64,000 nt of DNA from Verrucomicrobiota bacterium. GTDB lineage: Bacteria; Verrucomicrobiota; Kiritimatiellia; UBA8416; JBHORK01. Within the stretch, counting starts at the first letter, position 1. Every line of letters starts with the position of its first letter. The notes below the pieces were generated by a model. The model was not told where the DNA came from, did no database searches, and was given only the letters and a program-made list of their open reading frames with translations. Shown one piece after another: positions 49,041-58,747 of this stretch. The stretch lies in assembly GCA_042565725.1 (NCBI GenBank), contig JBHORK010000003.1, positions 10,000 through 73,999 of the forward strand, written 5' to 3'. The position numbers and the translations under genes are program-made.

Positions 49041-50852
49041 TTATACTTTGTCGTGTTTAAGAAATGTTCTGAAGCCATAATGCGTGATTACGGCAAAACA
49101 TATCAGAGGCAGGACAAATGATGCGCGTGCGCTTGTTAATTCCATGAATCCTAAATCAAACGCCGATTGATCCATGATCCATCCCTGCATTGGGGGCATA
49201 AGGCAACCGCCGCCGATAGCCATTATAAGGCCGGCAGCACCCAGCTTGGCGTCATCACCAAGTCCTCTGAGCGCAATACCGTAAATGGTAGGGAACATAA
49301 GTGACATACATGCTGAGACTCCGACCAGACAATAAAGGCCTGTCATGCCTCGAATAAATATGGTTCCAGTAGTCAAAAGAAAGCCACCTATGGCCAGAGA
49401 GCCTAATAACGCTCCCGGTTTAAAGAACTTTAACAAAAAGGTACATACGAATCTGCTGCTGCAGAAAATAATCATTGCAGCAATGTTGTAGCCCTGGGCT
49501 TTCCCGTAAGGCATATCCAGTTCGCTAGCTGCATATTGAATAATAAAGGTCCAGCACATAATCTGTGCGCCGACATAAAAAGCCTGCGCAACGACACCTT
49601 CAATGTATCTTTTGTTTGAAAAGAGACGTTTTAGAGTCGGGCCGATGTGGAGAGATTTATCATCTTCATTTTGACTCGCAGGAAGTTTTGCGAAGAAAAA
49701 TATTACCAGAACAATAAGGATAACCAATCCAATCGCAAAATATGGTTTTTGTAAAACATTCAAGTCAAATTGTTGAATCTGGCTCCATTTTTCGGTATCA
49801 ACGGACGAAATCATTCGTCTAGCTTGTTCTTCATCAGGAATACCAGCTAATAATGGAGTTTCTCCCCAGTTTATAGCTTCTCCTATGGTAATATCTTTGA
49901 CAATTGCTTCGCGTGCTTTGTCATTTACAGCTGCGTCAAGACCTGCAGACTGGATTTGTTCCCATTTTGCTGAATCATCCTTATCGGTTTCAACTATTCT
50001 GAGAATAGCGGCTAGTTCGGTATGTTTGCTTTTTAGTTCCGTGAGTATTGGTGTCCAATCTATTGGTTTTTTATTGTCGATGCTTTCATCTATTTTGTCG
50101 CTAGTTTCACCGCTGATCCAACTGTTCATACGCAGACCTTGGATTACAGCCCATTTTTGAGCATCAAGCCCCTCAATTTCTGAGATATTGATGTCTTGGT
50201 CTTTTATGATCTCAGTAAGGCCCGAGTCATTGCTAACAGCAGCGATTTGACCGATTCGAGTGTGTGCCTCCTGAGCGAGAATCGGAGACAGTTCTGTGTC
50301 GGTGCTTACAACGGTGAGTTGATTCAATATCAGAGTCATAGCCACGAACATACCAACAAGCGAGCCCATAGGATTAAAAGATTGAGCAAAATTCAAACGC
50401 TGGGTAGCAGTTTCCTCAGCTCCCATGGAAAGGATGTAGGGATTGGATGTTGTTTCAAGGAATGATAAACCGCAGGTCATGACAAAATAAGCTATCAGGA
50501 AAGCCGCAAAAGACATCATATGTCCCGCAACGGGAAAGAATAGTGCCGCCGATGCGTATAATATTAATCCCAGAAGAATACCTAATTTATAACTGAATCT
50601 CTTGATAAATAGTGCTGCCGGAATTGCCATTACACAATAACCACCGTAAAAAGCGAATTGAACCAACGCGCTCTCGAAATTACTAATGAGCAAAATCTTT
50701 TTAAAAGCGGCCACCATAGGGTTAGTAATGTCGTTCGCAAAACCCCAAAGCGAGAAAAGAGTTGTAACAAGAATAAAAGGGAATATTAGGTTTCGAGCTA
50801 TTACCGGGATTTTTTTCTTAACGGAGCCTTCAGAAGAAGTGTTGTCTGTCAT
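49041..50852 (-). CDS. fucP: L-fucose:H+ symporter (MFS) with a large soluble insertion
   Basis: LFSLWGFANDITNPMV, VQFAFYGGY, FLETTSNPYI, RLNFAQSFNPMG, QAFYVGAQIMCWTFII, MSLMFPTIYGIAL. Confidence 0.92.
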   Translation of the reverse strand: MTDNTSSEGSVKKKIPVIARNLIFPFILVTTLFSLWGFANDITNPMVAAFKKILLISNFESALVQFAFYGGYCVMAIPAALFIKRFSYKLGILLGLILYASAALFFPVAGHMMSFAAFLIAYFVMTCGLSFLETTSNPYILSMGAEETATQRLNFAQSFNPMGSLVGMFVAMTLILNQLTVVSTDTELSPILAQEAHTRIGQIAAVSNDSGLTEIIKDQDINISEIEGLDAQKWAVIQGLRMNSWISGETSDKIDESIDNKKPIDWTPILTELKSKHTELAAILRIVETDKDDSAKWEQIQSAGLDAAVNDKAREAIVKDITIGEAINWGETPLLAGIPDEEQARRMISSVDTEKWSQIQQFDLNVLQKPYFAIGLVILIVLVIFFFAKLPASQNEDDKSLHIGPTLKRLFSNKRYIEGVVAQAFYVGAQIMCWTFIIQYAASELDMPYGKAQGYNIAAMIIFCSSRFVCTFLLKFFKPGALLGSLAIGGFLLTTGTIFIRGMTGLYCLVGVSACMSLMFPTIYGIALRGLGDDAKLGAAGLIMAIGGGCLMPPMQGWIMDQSAFDLGFMELTSARASFVLPLICFAVITHYGFRTFLKHDKV

Positions 50853-51162
50853 TAATACGATCCTTTCTTTAATAAACGTCTATGTGTGGCAGATAAAATC
50901 AGGCCATGTAGCCAAACTTTAAAGGCTAAATCTAGCAGTAACCCAATAAATATCAAGGATAATTCATGGAATATCTCGCCTGCCCCGTGATACTAGCCAG
51001 AAGCCAGAAATAGGCGGACGGTCAAGAAAAAAGTTTGCCCCAAAGAGTTGTTGGTTTGTTGAGTTGTTGGTTGTTAAGGGGAACATTTTGGAATATTAAA
51101 CCCTGAGCAAATAGTAATTTATAAAAGTTTATGTTTCCCAAGTATTCGCGCAAAGCGCGCAA

Positions 51163-51195
51163 GATCCTGTCGATCCTGTTGATCCTGTCTAAAAA
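51163..51195. repeat. Nonamer array (GATCCTGTN), single arm
   Basis: gatcctgtcgatcctgttgatcctgtctaaaaa; reverse complement of the arms at about 41752, 57521 and 59634. Confidence 0.75.
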
Positions 51196-51266
51196 TGCTT
51201 ATATCGCACATTCCTCGAAATTCCTAATATATTGCTAAAGATACCCCCATTTGCTACAAACACGCT

Positions 51267-52043
51267 ATGAGTATGAAATCTTCTTCAATTCTGCTTGTCG
51301 ATATCGGCAATACGTCAATTTCCATTGGTGTCGGACACGGGAAACGCTTGGAAAACACCCTCAGACTGGACACGAAACAATGTTCCGCCACGACAGTAAA
51401 AAAGGCGATATCCAAAGCAATACAGAGAAAAAAGATTCATGGGGCAGTGCTTTGTTCGGTAGTTCCAGAATTAACAGAATTATGGAAAAGGACTATTGTG
51501 AAAACCTGCAGAATCATGCCACTGATAGTCCATAACCGTCTTAAGCTCGGAATACATATTGACTACCCCAAGCCTTCATCTATCGGCGCCGACCGTATTG
51601 CCAACGCCTGCGGAGCTGTCTACCGTTATGGCACACCCGCCATTGTAATTGATTTCGGCACAGCCCTTACATTCGATGTCGTGTCAAAAGACAATAAGTA
51701 TATCGGCGGAGTCATAGCGCCGGGTCTGCCGCTGATGACTGATTATCTGGCCGAAAAAACGGCGCTTCTGCCGCATATTGAATTAAGAGATCAATGCTCA
51801 AAAATCGGCAGAAGCACAGAAGGCGCTATGCGGATAGGTGCGCATGTAGGCTATCGTGGAATTGTTCGTGAGGTAATCATGTATCTTAAGCAGAATCTGG
51901 ATATGAAAAAAGTCCATCTCTGCGCTACAGGCGGTTATGCGAAATGGGTACTGAAAGGCCTGAATATGCCGTTTAAGTTTGACCCCAATTTGACGCTTTA
52001 TGGATTGATGAACATATGGGAGCTGAACACAAAGGTGTCTTAA
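51267..52043 (+). CDS. coaX: Type III pantothenate kinase
   Basis: LLVDIGNTSI, SVVP, IGADRIAN, VIDFGTALTFD, GGVIAPG, ATGG. Confidence 0.96.
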   Translation: MSMKSSSILLVDIGNTSISIGVGHGKRLENTLRLDTKQCSATTVKKAISKAIQRKKIHGAVLCSVVPELTELWKRTIVKTCRIMPLIVHNRLKLGIHIDYPKPSSIGADRIANACGAVYRYGTPAIVIDFGTALTFDVVSKDNKYIGGVIAPGLPLMTDYLAEKTALLPHIELRDQCSKIGRSTEGAMRIGAHVGYRGIVREVIMYLKQNLDMKKVHLCATGGYAKWVLKGLNMPFKFDPNLTLYGLMNIWELNTKVS

Positions 52044-52051
52044 TTCATCCT

Positions 52052-52085
52052 GAACTATTAACTGATAACCATTAACCAATAACTG
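52052..52085. repeat. Heptamer array (TAACCAT/TAACTGA), single arm
   Basis: gaactattaactgataaccattaaccaataactg; reverse complement of the ATGGTTA/ATGGTTG array at 35609. Confidence 0.65.
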
Positions 52086-52093
52086 CCATTCCT

Positions 52094-53104
52094 ATGCAAA
52101 CAGCCAGATTCTGGGAGAAGACAGATAAAGGGCAGCTTAGCTGTCAGCTTTGTCCTCATAACTGTCTGCTTGCAGACGGCAAGACAGGTCTGTGCGGAGT
52201 ACGTCGCGCTCAGGATGGGGAGCTGAAAGCGATTGGATACGGGCTTTTGTCTTCATCTGCCATGGATCCGATAGAGAAGAAGCCTCTATATCATTTTCAT
52301 CCGGGATCGAACATCTTCAGCATAGGAGGGTGGGGCTGTAATTTTAAGTGTGATTTTTGTCAAAACTGGACAATCTCTCAGCAGATAATAGAGCAGTCCG
52401 ATCGATATTCTCCCGATGAAGTTGTTGCCAAAGCCGCGGCAAGTGATTCGATAGGGATTGCCTACACTTATAATGAGCCATTAATCGCGTATGAATTCGT
52501 AAGGGATTGCGCTCGGATCGCCAGGGCAAAGGGTTTGGTAAACGTACTTGTGACCAACGGTCACATCAATCGTGAGCCGGCGGCGGAATTATTGCCATTA
52601 ATAGATGCTTTGAATATTGATATCAAAAGTATGGACAGCAATTTTTACAGGGAACATTGTCATGGTTTTCTGGAGCCAGTCTTACATTTCGCCAGACAGG
52701 CGGTTGAGGCCGGGTGTCATGTTGAGCTTACAAATTTACTTATTCCCGGATTAAATGATAATCCGGACGATATAAAATCTCTAGCAGGATGGATTGGTGA
52801 TAATCTGGATGATGGTGTGCCTTTACATATAAGCGCATATCGGCCGCAATATAAACTGAAAAATCCGCCTACCTCAATGGAATTACTTGAACAGGCTTAT
52901 GCGATATGTTCCAAAGAATTGTCATATGTTTATATTGGGAATGTGATTATGGGTATAGGGCAAGATACATTGTGTTCGGGATGCGGCGAAGTTCTGATTT
53001 CGCGGCATGGATACTCAGCGCGGGTACTGGCTATTGATAATGGGGTGTGTACCGCGTGCGGGGCGAAGGTGTCAGGATGGTTTAAACCTCAAAAGAGTGG
53101 TTAA
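52094..53104 (+). CDS. amrS: AmmeMemoRadiSam system radical SAM enzyme
   Basis: CQLCPHNC, DPIEKKPLYHFHPGS, GCNFKCDFCQNW.ISQ, IAYTYNEP, YVYIGNV, C-terminal C..C pairs. Confidence 0.93.
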   Translation: MQTARFWEKTDKGQLSCQLCPHNCLLADGKTGLCGVRRAQDGELKAIGYGLLSSSAMDPIEKKPLYHFHPGSNIFSIGGWGCNFKCDFCQNWTISQQIIEQSDRYSPDEVVAKAAASDSIGIAYTYNEPLIAYEFVRDCARIARAKGLVNVLVTNGHINREPAAELLPLIDALNIDIKSMDSNFYREHCHGFLEPVLHFARQAVEAGCHVELTNLLIPGLNDNPDDIKSLAGWIGDNLDDGVPLHISAYRPQYKLKNPPTSMELLEQAYAICSKELSYVYIGNVIMGIGQDTLCSGCGEVLISRHGYSARVLAIDNGVCTACGAKVSGWFKPQKSG

Positions 53105-53200
53105 ATATCCAATATCCAACAAGGAATATCCAATTCCCAAGTGAAGATTCCAATAGATCCGTTGGATGTTGGACATTCCTTGTTGGATATTGAGTGTTCA
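53104..53200. repeat. Inverted-arm element, CCAACAAGGAAT family, copy 3
   Basis: Left arm aatatccaatatccaacaaggaatatccaattcccaa, right arm ttggatgttggacattccttgttggatattgagtgttca. Confidence 0.85.
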
Positions 53201-53300
53201 GTTTTCCACCAAATGGGTACTGGCTGAGGTATTTGGTGCCGATACTACAGAGAGGATGTCTCAATGAATAATGTCAACAGTAGAACAGTTGAATTGCTTT

Positions 53301-54971
53301 TTACTCCTCATCGTCCTCTGCAGCCTCAGCGTCTAACTCACTTTCATCCGATTTCTCGGTCAGGTCTTTGAACTCAGCCTGATCAAGCATGTAATCATTC
53401 CATCCCGCAAGCATGAGCTCAGCACGATATTTGGATAATGTGGAAGCAAATTCCGGCCTGATAAATTCTTTTGTTGAAGCATCTCCCGGTTGTCTGTCCT
53501 GCACGAACGCCAGGAGGGCACCGTCCTCTATCATGGTGATTTCGGCAAGTTCTCCTTTTCCATGCGTAATAATATTAGGAATGATTTCATTGTAATATTC
53601 CATTTCCTGCGTCCAGGCTTCATACGCTGTGAATGTGACTGTTGTTGTAACGTTGAGCTTGATTTTGTGAAGTGAATCTTCGAACGATTTTTCAGCCTGC
53701 AGGGATTCTGTTAGCGCTTTTTGCATTTCATTGATCTTCTCTGTAAACGCCTCGCTTTCGGCTTTTTGTTTTACAAAAGGCATCACATCGTCTTTTACTT
53801 CGTCAAAATCAGGGATATGTGCTTTTTTCTTTTCACCCGCGGCGATTACGTATACGGAGTTTGAGCCAACCAGGGGATCACTGAAATATCGGTCTGGGTC
53901 ATCAGGATCGAGAGAAAATGCTGTGGCGACAAAGTCAGGACCCACTTCGAGTTTGGGTACTTCCTCGGAAGCCGAGAAAAAATCGCTTGTATGTATTGCG
54001 AAATTGAGATTGTAAGCAACTTTATCGAAATCAAGGGCGTTGCCGTAGCGGTCGGGCATAAGTCTTTTAACGAATTCAGCGGCTTTGTTGTTTGCGTTAT
54101 AAAGTGCATGTTGATACTGAACCATATCAATTATTTCCTCACGCACTTCTTCAAATGGTGTTGTTAGCGATTCATCATTGGTGTTTATGGTTGAATACTC
54201 TTCGAGATGTTCTGAATAGTAATCCAATAATTCGTTTTCTTCGATCTCTACTTTTGACAGGTAGTCTGAGATTGGGATTTCGACATAGCGGACATTAATT
54301 GTATCCGGCACAGTAAAGTATTCTTTATTTTCCTCGAAGAATTCTCTGACATCTTTTTGGGAAACTTTTACTTTCTTGACGTGATCATCAGATTTCAGAA
54401 GTACATATTGTATGGTAAAGGAATCGGTCAAATCCTTTATTTTTTCGTGCAGTTCGAACGGAGAGACCCAGACAGCGGTTTCCAGCATCATGAGCAACTT
54501 TTGGAATGTTAATTCCTGATGTATGAATTCTTCAAATGCGGGTATGGTCGTTCTTCTTACTCTGTTGACATAATCTTTGTATTTTAATTCATTAAAGATG
54601 CCTTGTTCAGAGAAATAGGGGTTATTTTGTATTACTTCGACAACTTCTTTGTCCTTGACTGTGATGCCCATTCTTTCTGCGGTCTTCAAGGCAACAAGTC
54701 TTTGCCATGTTTGTTTTTTGATAAGTTTATCCGTTTCCGGATCTGCATTGTCAATGTCACGCATTCCGAGGGCGTAGAACCTCGCATTCCAGAATTCGCG
54801 GGCAGATATATCTTCACCGAACAATATACCGACCGTATCTCCGGTTTTTCCCTTCTGATCTCGGTTCAAGCCTGGTGAAAAAGCAAACACGAATACGACA
54901 GCCACCACTACAGCGAAAAAGCCCAATAGCAGTTTACTGCGAATCAATTTGTTGAATTTTGTGATCAGCAT
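53301..54971 (-). CDS. PpiD/SurA N-terminal-domain periplasmic chaperone
   Basis: N-terminal membrane anchor, A.RMGITV.D.EV, FSEQGIFN...Y, FFEENKEYF.VP....V.YV, PFEEVREEI. Confidence 0.8.
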   Translation of the reverse strand: MLITKFNKLIRSKLLLGFFAVVVAVVFVFAFSPGLNRDQKGKTGDTVGILFGEDISAREFWNARFYALGMRDIDNADPETDKLIKKQTWQRLVALKTAERMGITVKDKEVVEVIQNNPYFSEQGIFNELKYKDYVNRVRRTTIPAFEEFIHQELTFQKLLMMLETAVWVSPFELHEKIKDLTDSFTIQYVLLKSDDHVKKVKVSQKDVREFFEENKEYFTVPDTINVRYVEIPISDYLSKVEIEENELLDYYSEHLEEYSTINTNDESLTTPFEEVREEIIDMVQYQHALYNANNKAAEFVKRLMPDRYGNALDFDKVAYNLNFAIHTSDFFSASEEVPKLEVGPDFVATAFSLDPDDPDRYFSDPLVGSNSVYVIAAGEKKKAHIPDFDEVKDDVMPFVKQKAESEAFTEKINEMQKALTESLQAEKSFEDSLHKIKLNVTTTVTFTAYEAWTQEMEYYNEIIPNIITHGKGELAEITMIEDGALLAFVQDRQPGDASTKEFIRPEFASTLSKYRAELMLAGWNDYMLDQAEFKDLTEKSDESELDAEAAEDDEE

Positions 54972-55042
54972 AATGAAATATCCGATTCAGTGTAGGATTA
55001 TGATCCCCTCGGTATGTGTGTGAAACGATATAATAAACGTTA

Positions 55043-56065
55043 TTATCTTACATATCGCTTTCCGATAGGGGTAGGGGATGGAGCGGTTTGAAATGCCATG
55101 AGAGTTCCTTTGTCATCTTCGGGGAGAGTGGTCGTGGTCGTGGTTGTAGTAGTGGTCGATCTGACGGTTATTACCGGCCATCCTGCGCCAACTACAATTT
55201 CCGCTACCTGTTCGTCTTCAGTTTTTCCTTCCTCGTCCAGTTTTTCTTCGGGTTTCTCCTCATCTTTTCCGGCAACAGCAATTTCTTTACGGAACCGCAG
55301 CGCTGGTAGTATAGCTGTACCGTCAGGCGCTACAGGTATAATAGCTACCAGTATTGCGTCACCTGATTCTGACAAGCTGGTGAATATTCTTATTAAAGAG
55401 CCTTCTTCCATCTCTTTGGTGACAACCTCTTCTGGAGTCTTCAGGTTGATTTCATATTTCCCCTTCTCATCAGCCACCTTAGTGTAAGTTCTGTCAAAGG
55501 TTGATCCCACTGATACAGATTCATTCTCTTCTAATACAGGGATTTCAAAATATGGATTAAACACTTTCATGTCACCCTTTTCACACATGATCATTACGAC
55601 CCTCATATCGGGTTCGGTCATGACATTTATAGTGAAGCTGCCGCCGGTTGATTCACATACTACTGTTGAAGACTCGACGTTAAGGCGGTTCCCTGTTTGA
55701 TCTTGGTAACTCTTTTCCAGGAGTACTTTGATTTTCCCTTCATCAAGTAGAATTTTTTTGAGTTTTGAGTCTTTGGCGTCTTCAGCTATTACGAAGGAGC
55801 TGTTAGGAGAAACTTCAAACTCATTGTCGGAATTAAGCTGAATTGAAATTGATGATTCCGGACCTGTTTTGATTCTGGTCCCGTAGGGATATCTTTTGTC
55901 ACGCTCGGCTTTTATTTCGCTGGAGGCACCAGGCAGTCTTACAAAACACCTGCCTTCAATTTCCTTTATTACTATTAGCCGATCAAAAGAACCCGCTGAT
56001 AACGTATTGCTAGAAAGAAGCATTATGCACAAAGTTATTAATATACCAGAAATGAGCGTCTTCAT
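55043..56065 (-). CDS. Secreted FecR-like beta-domain protein with Thr-rich C-terminal tail
   Basis: Signal peptide, IKTGPESS..I.L.....F.V.PNS.F pattern, poly-T tract near the C-terminus. Confidence 0.55.
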   Translation of the reverse strand: MKTLISGILITLCIMLLSSNTLSAGSFDRLIVIKEIEGRCFVRLPGASSEIKAERDKRYPYGTRIKTGPESSISIQLNSDNEFEVSPNSSFVIAEDAKDSKLKKILLDEGKIKVLLEKSYQDQTGNRLNVESSTVVCESTGGSFTINVMTEPDMRVVMIMCEKGDMKVFNPYFEIPVLEENESVSVGSTFDRTYTKVADEKGKYEINLKTPEEVVTKEMEEGSLIRIFTSLSESGDAILVAIIPVAPDGTAILPALRFRKEIAVAGKDEEKPEEKLDEEGKTEDEQVAEIVVGAGWPVITVRSTTTTTTTTTTLPEDDKGTLMAFQTAPSPTPIGKRYVR

Positions 56066-56175
56066 ATTTTTAATCCTCCAGAATAAGTATTAATTGTATT
56101 AAATGATAAACCATTGCGAGTACAAAAGTCAAGCTTATATGTAGCGCGGTTAATGAGCTTCTTTAAGAAGTCCTG

Positions 56176-57450
56176 TCAGTTGGCCGCTTCTGTTACGGCT
56201 AAGAGATCCAGGTCATTGTTTGAGGTTCCCTGGAAAAGCAGTGAGCCGTCTTCATTAAATATACTTATTATAACACCATGCAGAGCAAGTCCGCTCTTAG
56301 TTGATGAAGAGGCGTAATCATAGTAATAAGAAGATACGTATTGCGATGATGACTTCTTGAATGATACTGGTGAGAAGTCGATATAGATTCGGTCTGACGA
56401 TATTTTTTCCAGCTTAATGGTTTTCTTTTCGGCTTCCGTAGGTTTGATTTTTCCTTTTGCGCCCACCGGCTTGCTGAAGTATTGAACAACGATTCTTGGG
56501 TTCTCGAAGGTTATGTCGCTGCTGGTTGACCGCAGTTCCAGCCTAACAAAATGTGATATGACGCCGCTTTGTGTTTTGTAAATTGAATAGTCGCTGTGAG
56601 ATGTTGATTTCGTATCAGACGTCGATGCCTGCATTACGGTACAGGAGACTTTACGGATTAGACGGGCGGTTTTTGTCGGTTTAAAAGATGTTTTTGCGAA
56701 ATGTATATCGGGAGTTTTCGGAGGGCGGGAGTCATATATTTCGAAATCCGATTTTTTGTTTTGGGGTTTGCTGGATGTTTCTCTTGCCTCTCTGTCACGT
56801 TTCCTCTGTTCTTTTTTTGTCAATTTCTCAGGTTCGTCCTTAGTGCCCGGGGGCGTTTTCTTTTTCGGCGTCGCCTCCTCGGGTTTTAAGTGTTGAGCTT
56901 CGTACTCAGCTATGGTGAATTCAGCAACAGTGATGTCAGAGTGAGATTTGACAGAGTCTGCCTCTTTCTTGATCTCAATCGCTTCTTCTATTTTGCCCTG
57001 CTTTGTCAAATCCTTCTGCATACCAGTAAGGTGCGTAATGTATTTTTCTGTTAAATCAAGTATCTCTTTGCTCTTTTCTATCTCAAGGCCTGACGATGCC
57101 TGGAAGTAGGTTTTCTGAAGAGAACGAAGTGAGGCAGGTTTTTCAACAATGGCTTTTTTCGGTAGTTCCTTGTTCTTCTCAAACCTTTTTACTTCCTTAT
57201 CCACCGCAACCCAGCCTTCAAGGTCTCCGGACTCTCGCGTTTTTTCGAGAAGCACTGTCAAAGCTTTCTGGTATTGCACAGGCCAGCTTATAGCTTTTTG
57301 CGTGTATTCTGCTTTGATCTTATTGAGAGATCCAGCGAAAATTGCTTTAGCGGAGGTTAGTGAACTTTTGCCTTTATCTGCGGCAAACATGACAAGAGGG
57401 CAGATCAGGCAGACAGATATAATAAATAATGGTTTTTTGTAGCTTTTCAC
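56176..57450 (-). CDS. Secreted hypothetical protein (helical N-terminal domain, charged linker, beta-rich C-terminal domain)
   Basis: 424-aa ORF with signal peptide; no family recognised. Confidence 0.7.
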   Translation of the reverse strand: MKSYKKPLFIISVCLICPLVMFAADKGKSSLTSAKAIFAGSLNKIKAEYTQKAISWPVQYQKALTVLLEKTRESGDLEGWVAVDKEVKRFEKNKELPKKAIVEKPASLRSLQKTYFQASSGLEIEKSKEILDLTEKYITHLTGMQKDLTKQGKIEEAIEIKKEADSVKSHSDITVAEFTIAEYEAQHLKPEEATPKKKTPPGTKDEPEKLTKKEQRKRDREARETSSKPQNKKSDFEIYDSRPPKTPDIHFAKTSFKPTKTARLIRKVSCTVMQASTSDTKSTSHSDYSIYKTQSGVISHFVRLELRSTSSDITFENPRIVVQYFSKPVGAKGKIKPTEAEKKTIKLEKISSDRIYIDFSPVSFKKSSSQYVSSYYYDYASSSTKSGLALHGVIISIFNEDGSLLFQGTSNNDLDLLAVTEAAN

Positions 57451-57520
57451 ACTGCCATGCTAATTCTGCTGTCGAAGAAGTCAAGCCTTTAACACAGGGA
57501 GGAAATTGCGCTGTTAAGAG

Positions 57521-57583
57521 ATTTTAGACGGGATCAACAGAATAACAGGCGGGTAGGCACGAATCCCGCTATGCGGGGCAGGC
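57521..57583. repeat. Nonamer arm followed by a CCTG-hairpin remnant
   Basis: attttagacgggatcaacagaataacagg ... aatcccgctatgcggggcagg. Confidence 0.55.
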
Positions 57584-57595
57584 GAAATACGTTAT

Positions 57596-58726
57596 TTATG
57601 GCGTTGAAATTCGAGGTAGAATAACCGAAAAAGTTGTGCCTTTATTGACTTCAGACGTTACCCCAATGTCTCCTTTGTGATCCCTGATGATGCCCCTGGA
57701 GATTGAGAGCCCCAACCCGGTGCCTTCGCCTTTTTCTTTTGTTGTGTAGAATGACCCGAATATTCCCTCAAGCTGATCAGAAGGTATGCCTGTTCCCGTG
57801 TCTGACACATCGCATTTCCAGCAATTCACATTGTTATACTTGCATGTCCCAATTTTGAGCCGAAGTTCTTTTCTTTCACGATCGGCCATAGCGTCACAGG
57901 CATTACCGATGAGATTGACAAAAACCTGTTCCATATGATTGGGACAGCCGGTTATCATGTGTTTACCTTTTTTAACTTCATTATGAACTTTTACATTTGT
58001 TTTCTGGATCTTGTTATTAATTATAAACAAAGCATCCGCAATACTGTTGTAAAGGTCAACCGGTTCGTATTTCTCGGCTATGCCGCGCGAAAAGTTTCTT
58101 AAATGATCGGCAAGTTTCTGGATAGATTTAGACGCTCTCTCGATATCCTTTGCAAAGGTCAGAAGACGCTGTAGGTCAGTGTCATTGTCTTTTTCTATAA
58201 GGCTTAATTCCCTGAGCATCATTTCGTTTGAGAGCAGAATAACAGTTAACGGGTTGTTGATGTCATGCGCGACACCGGAAGAAAGTTCTCCAATAGCGGC
58301 CAGCCGGCCCGAATGAGCCAGGCTTCTCTGAAGTTCTTTAACATTTCTGATATCTCTCAGAATTGAAAACGTGCGTATAAAATTACCATCATCATCGTAA
58401 ATACCGAAAGACCTGATTTCAACGGGTATTATTGTGCCGTCTTTAGTCTTTAACAGGCTTTCGGGAATCAGCTTGTCGCCGCGTTCCTTAAGGTCCGTGA
58501 AACCCTTTTCGACGTCATGCATGACTTCGTTGGCATAGATATCACGGATATTCATGGATAGTAATTCGTCGTGAGTGTATCCTAGAAGTGATTCGGCGGT
58601 TTTATTAGCATAGACGATGTTGCCATTTTCGTCTATTGAGTGGATTATATCAGGGAAACTGTCCAGCAGTATCTTGAATATATTCGCGTTACTAATCTCA
58701 ATCTCATGTATTCGCATTTTAGTCAT
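57596..58726 (-). CDS. Cytoplasmic PAS-domain sensor histidine kinase (NtrB-like)
   Basis: PAS (IVYANKTAESLLGY), GELSSGVAHDINNPL H-box, QVFVNLIGNACDA, DTGTGIP, FYTTKEKGEGTGLGLSI. Confidence 0.95.
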   Translation of the reverse strand: MTKMRIHEIEISNANIFKILLDSFPDIIHSIDENGNIVYANKTAESLLGYTHDELLSMNIRDIYANEVMHDVEKGFTDLKERGDKLIPESLLKTKDGTIIPVEIRSFGIYDDDGNFIRTFSILRDIRNVKELQRSLAHSGRLAAIGELSSGVAHDINNPLTVILLSNEMMLRELSLIEKDNDTDLQRLLTFAKDIERASKSIQKLADHLRNFSRGIAEKYEPVDLYNSIADALFIINNKIQKTNVKVHNEVKKGKHMITGCPNHMEQVFVNLIGNACDAMADRERKELRLKIGTCKYNNVNCWKCDVSDTGTGIPSDQLEGIFGSFYTTKEKGEGTGLGLSISRGIIRDHKGDIGVTSEVNKGTTFSVILPRISTP

Positions 58727-58747
58727 AACAGAATAAATCTTACGTGG

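Noticed and set aside
52094-53104. amrS without amrA/amrB neighbours
   Set aside because: The partner genes are often unlinked; not unusual.
16521-53200. Inverted or tandem repeats as a CRISPR array
   Set aside because: No run of identical 23-47 bp direct repeats with regular unique spacers, and no cas genes.
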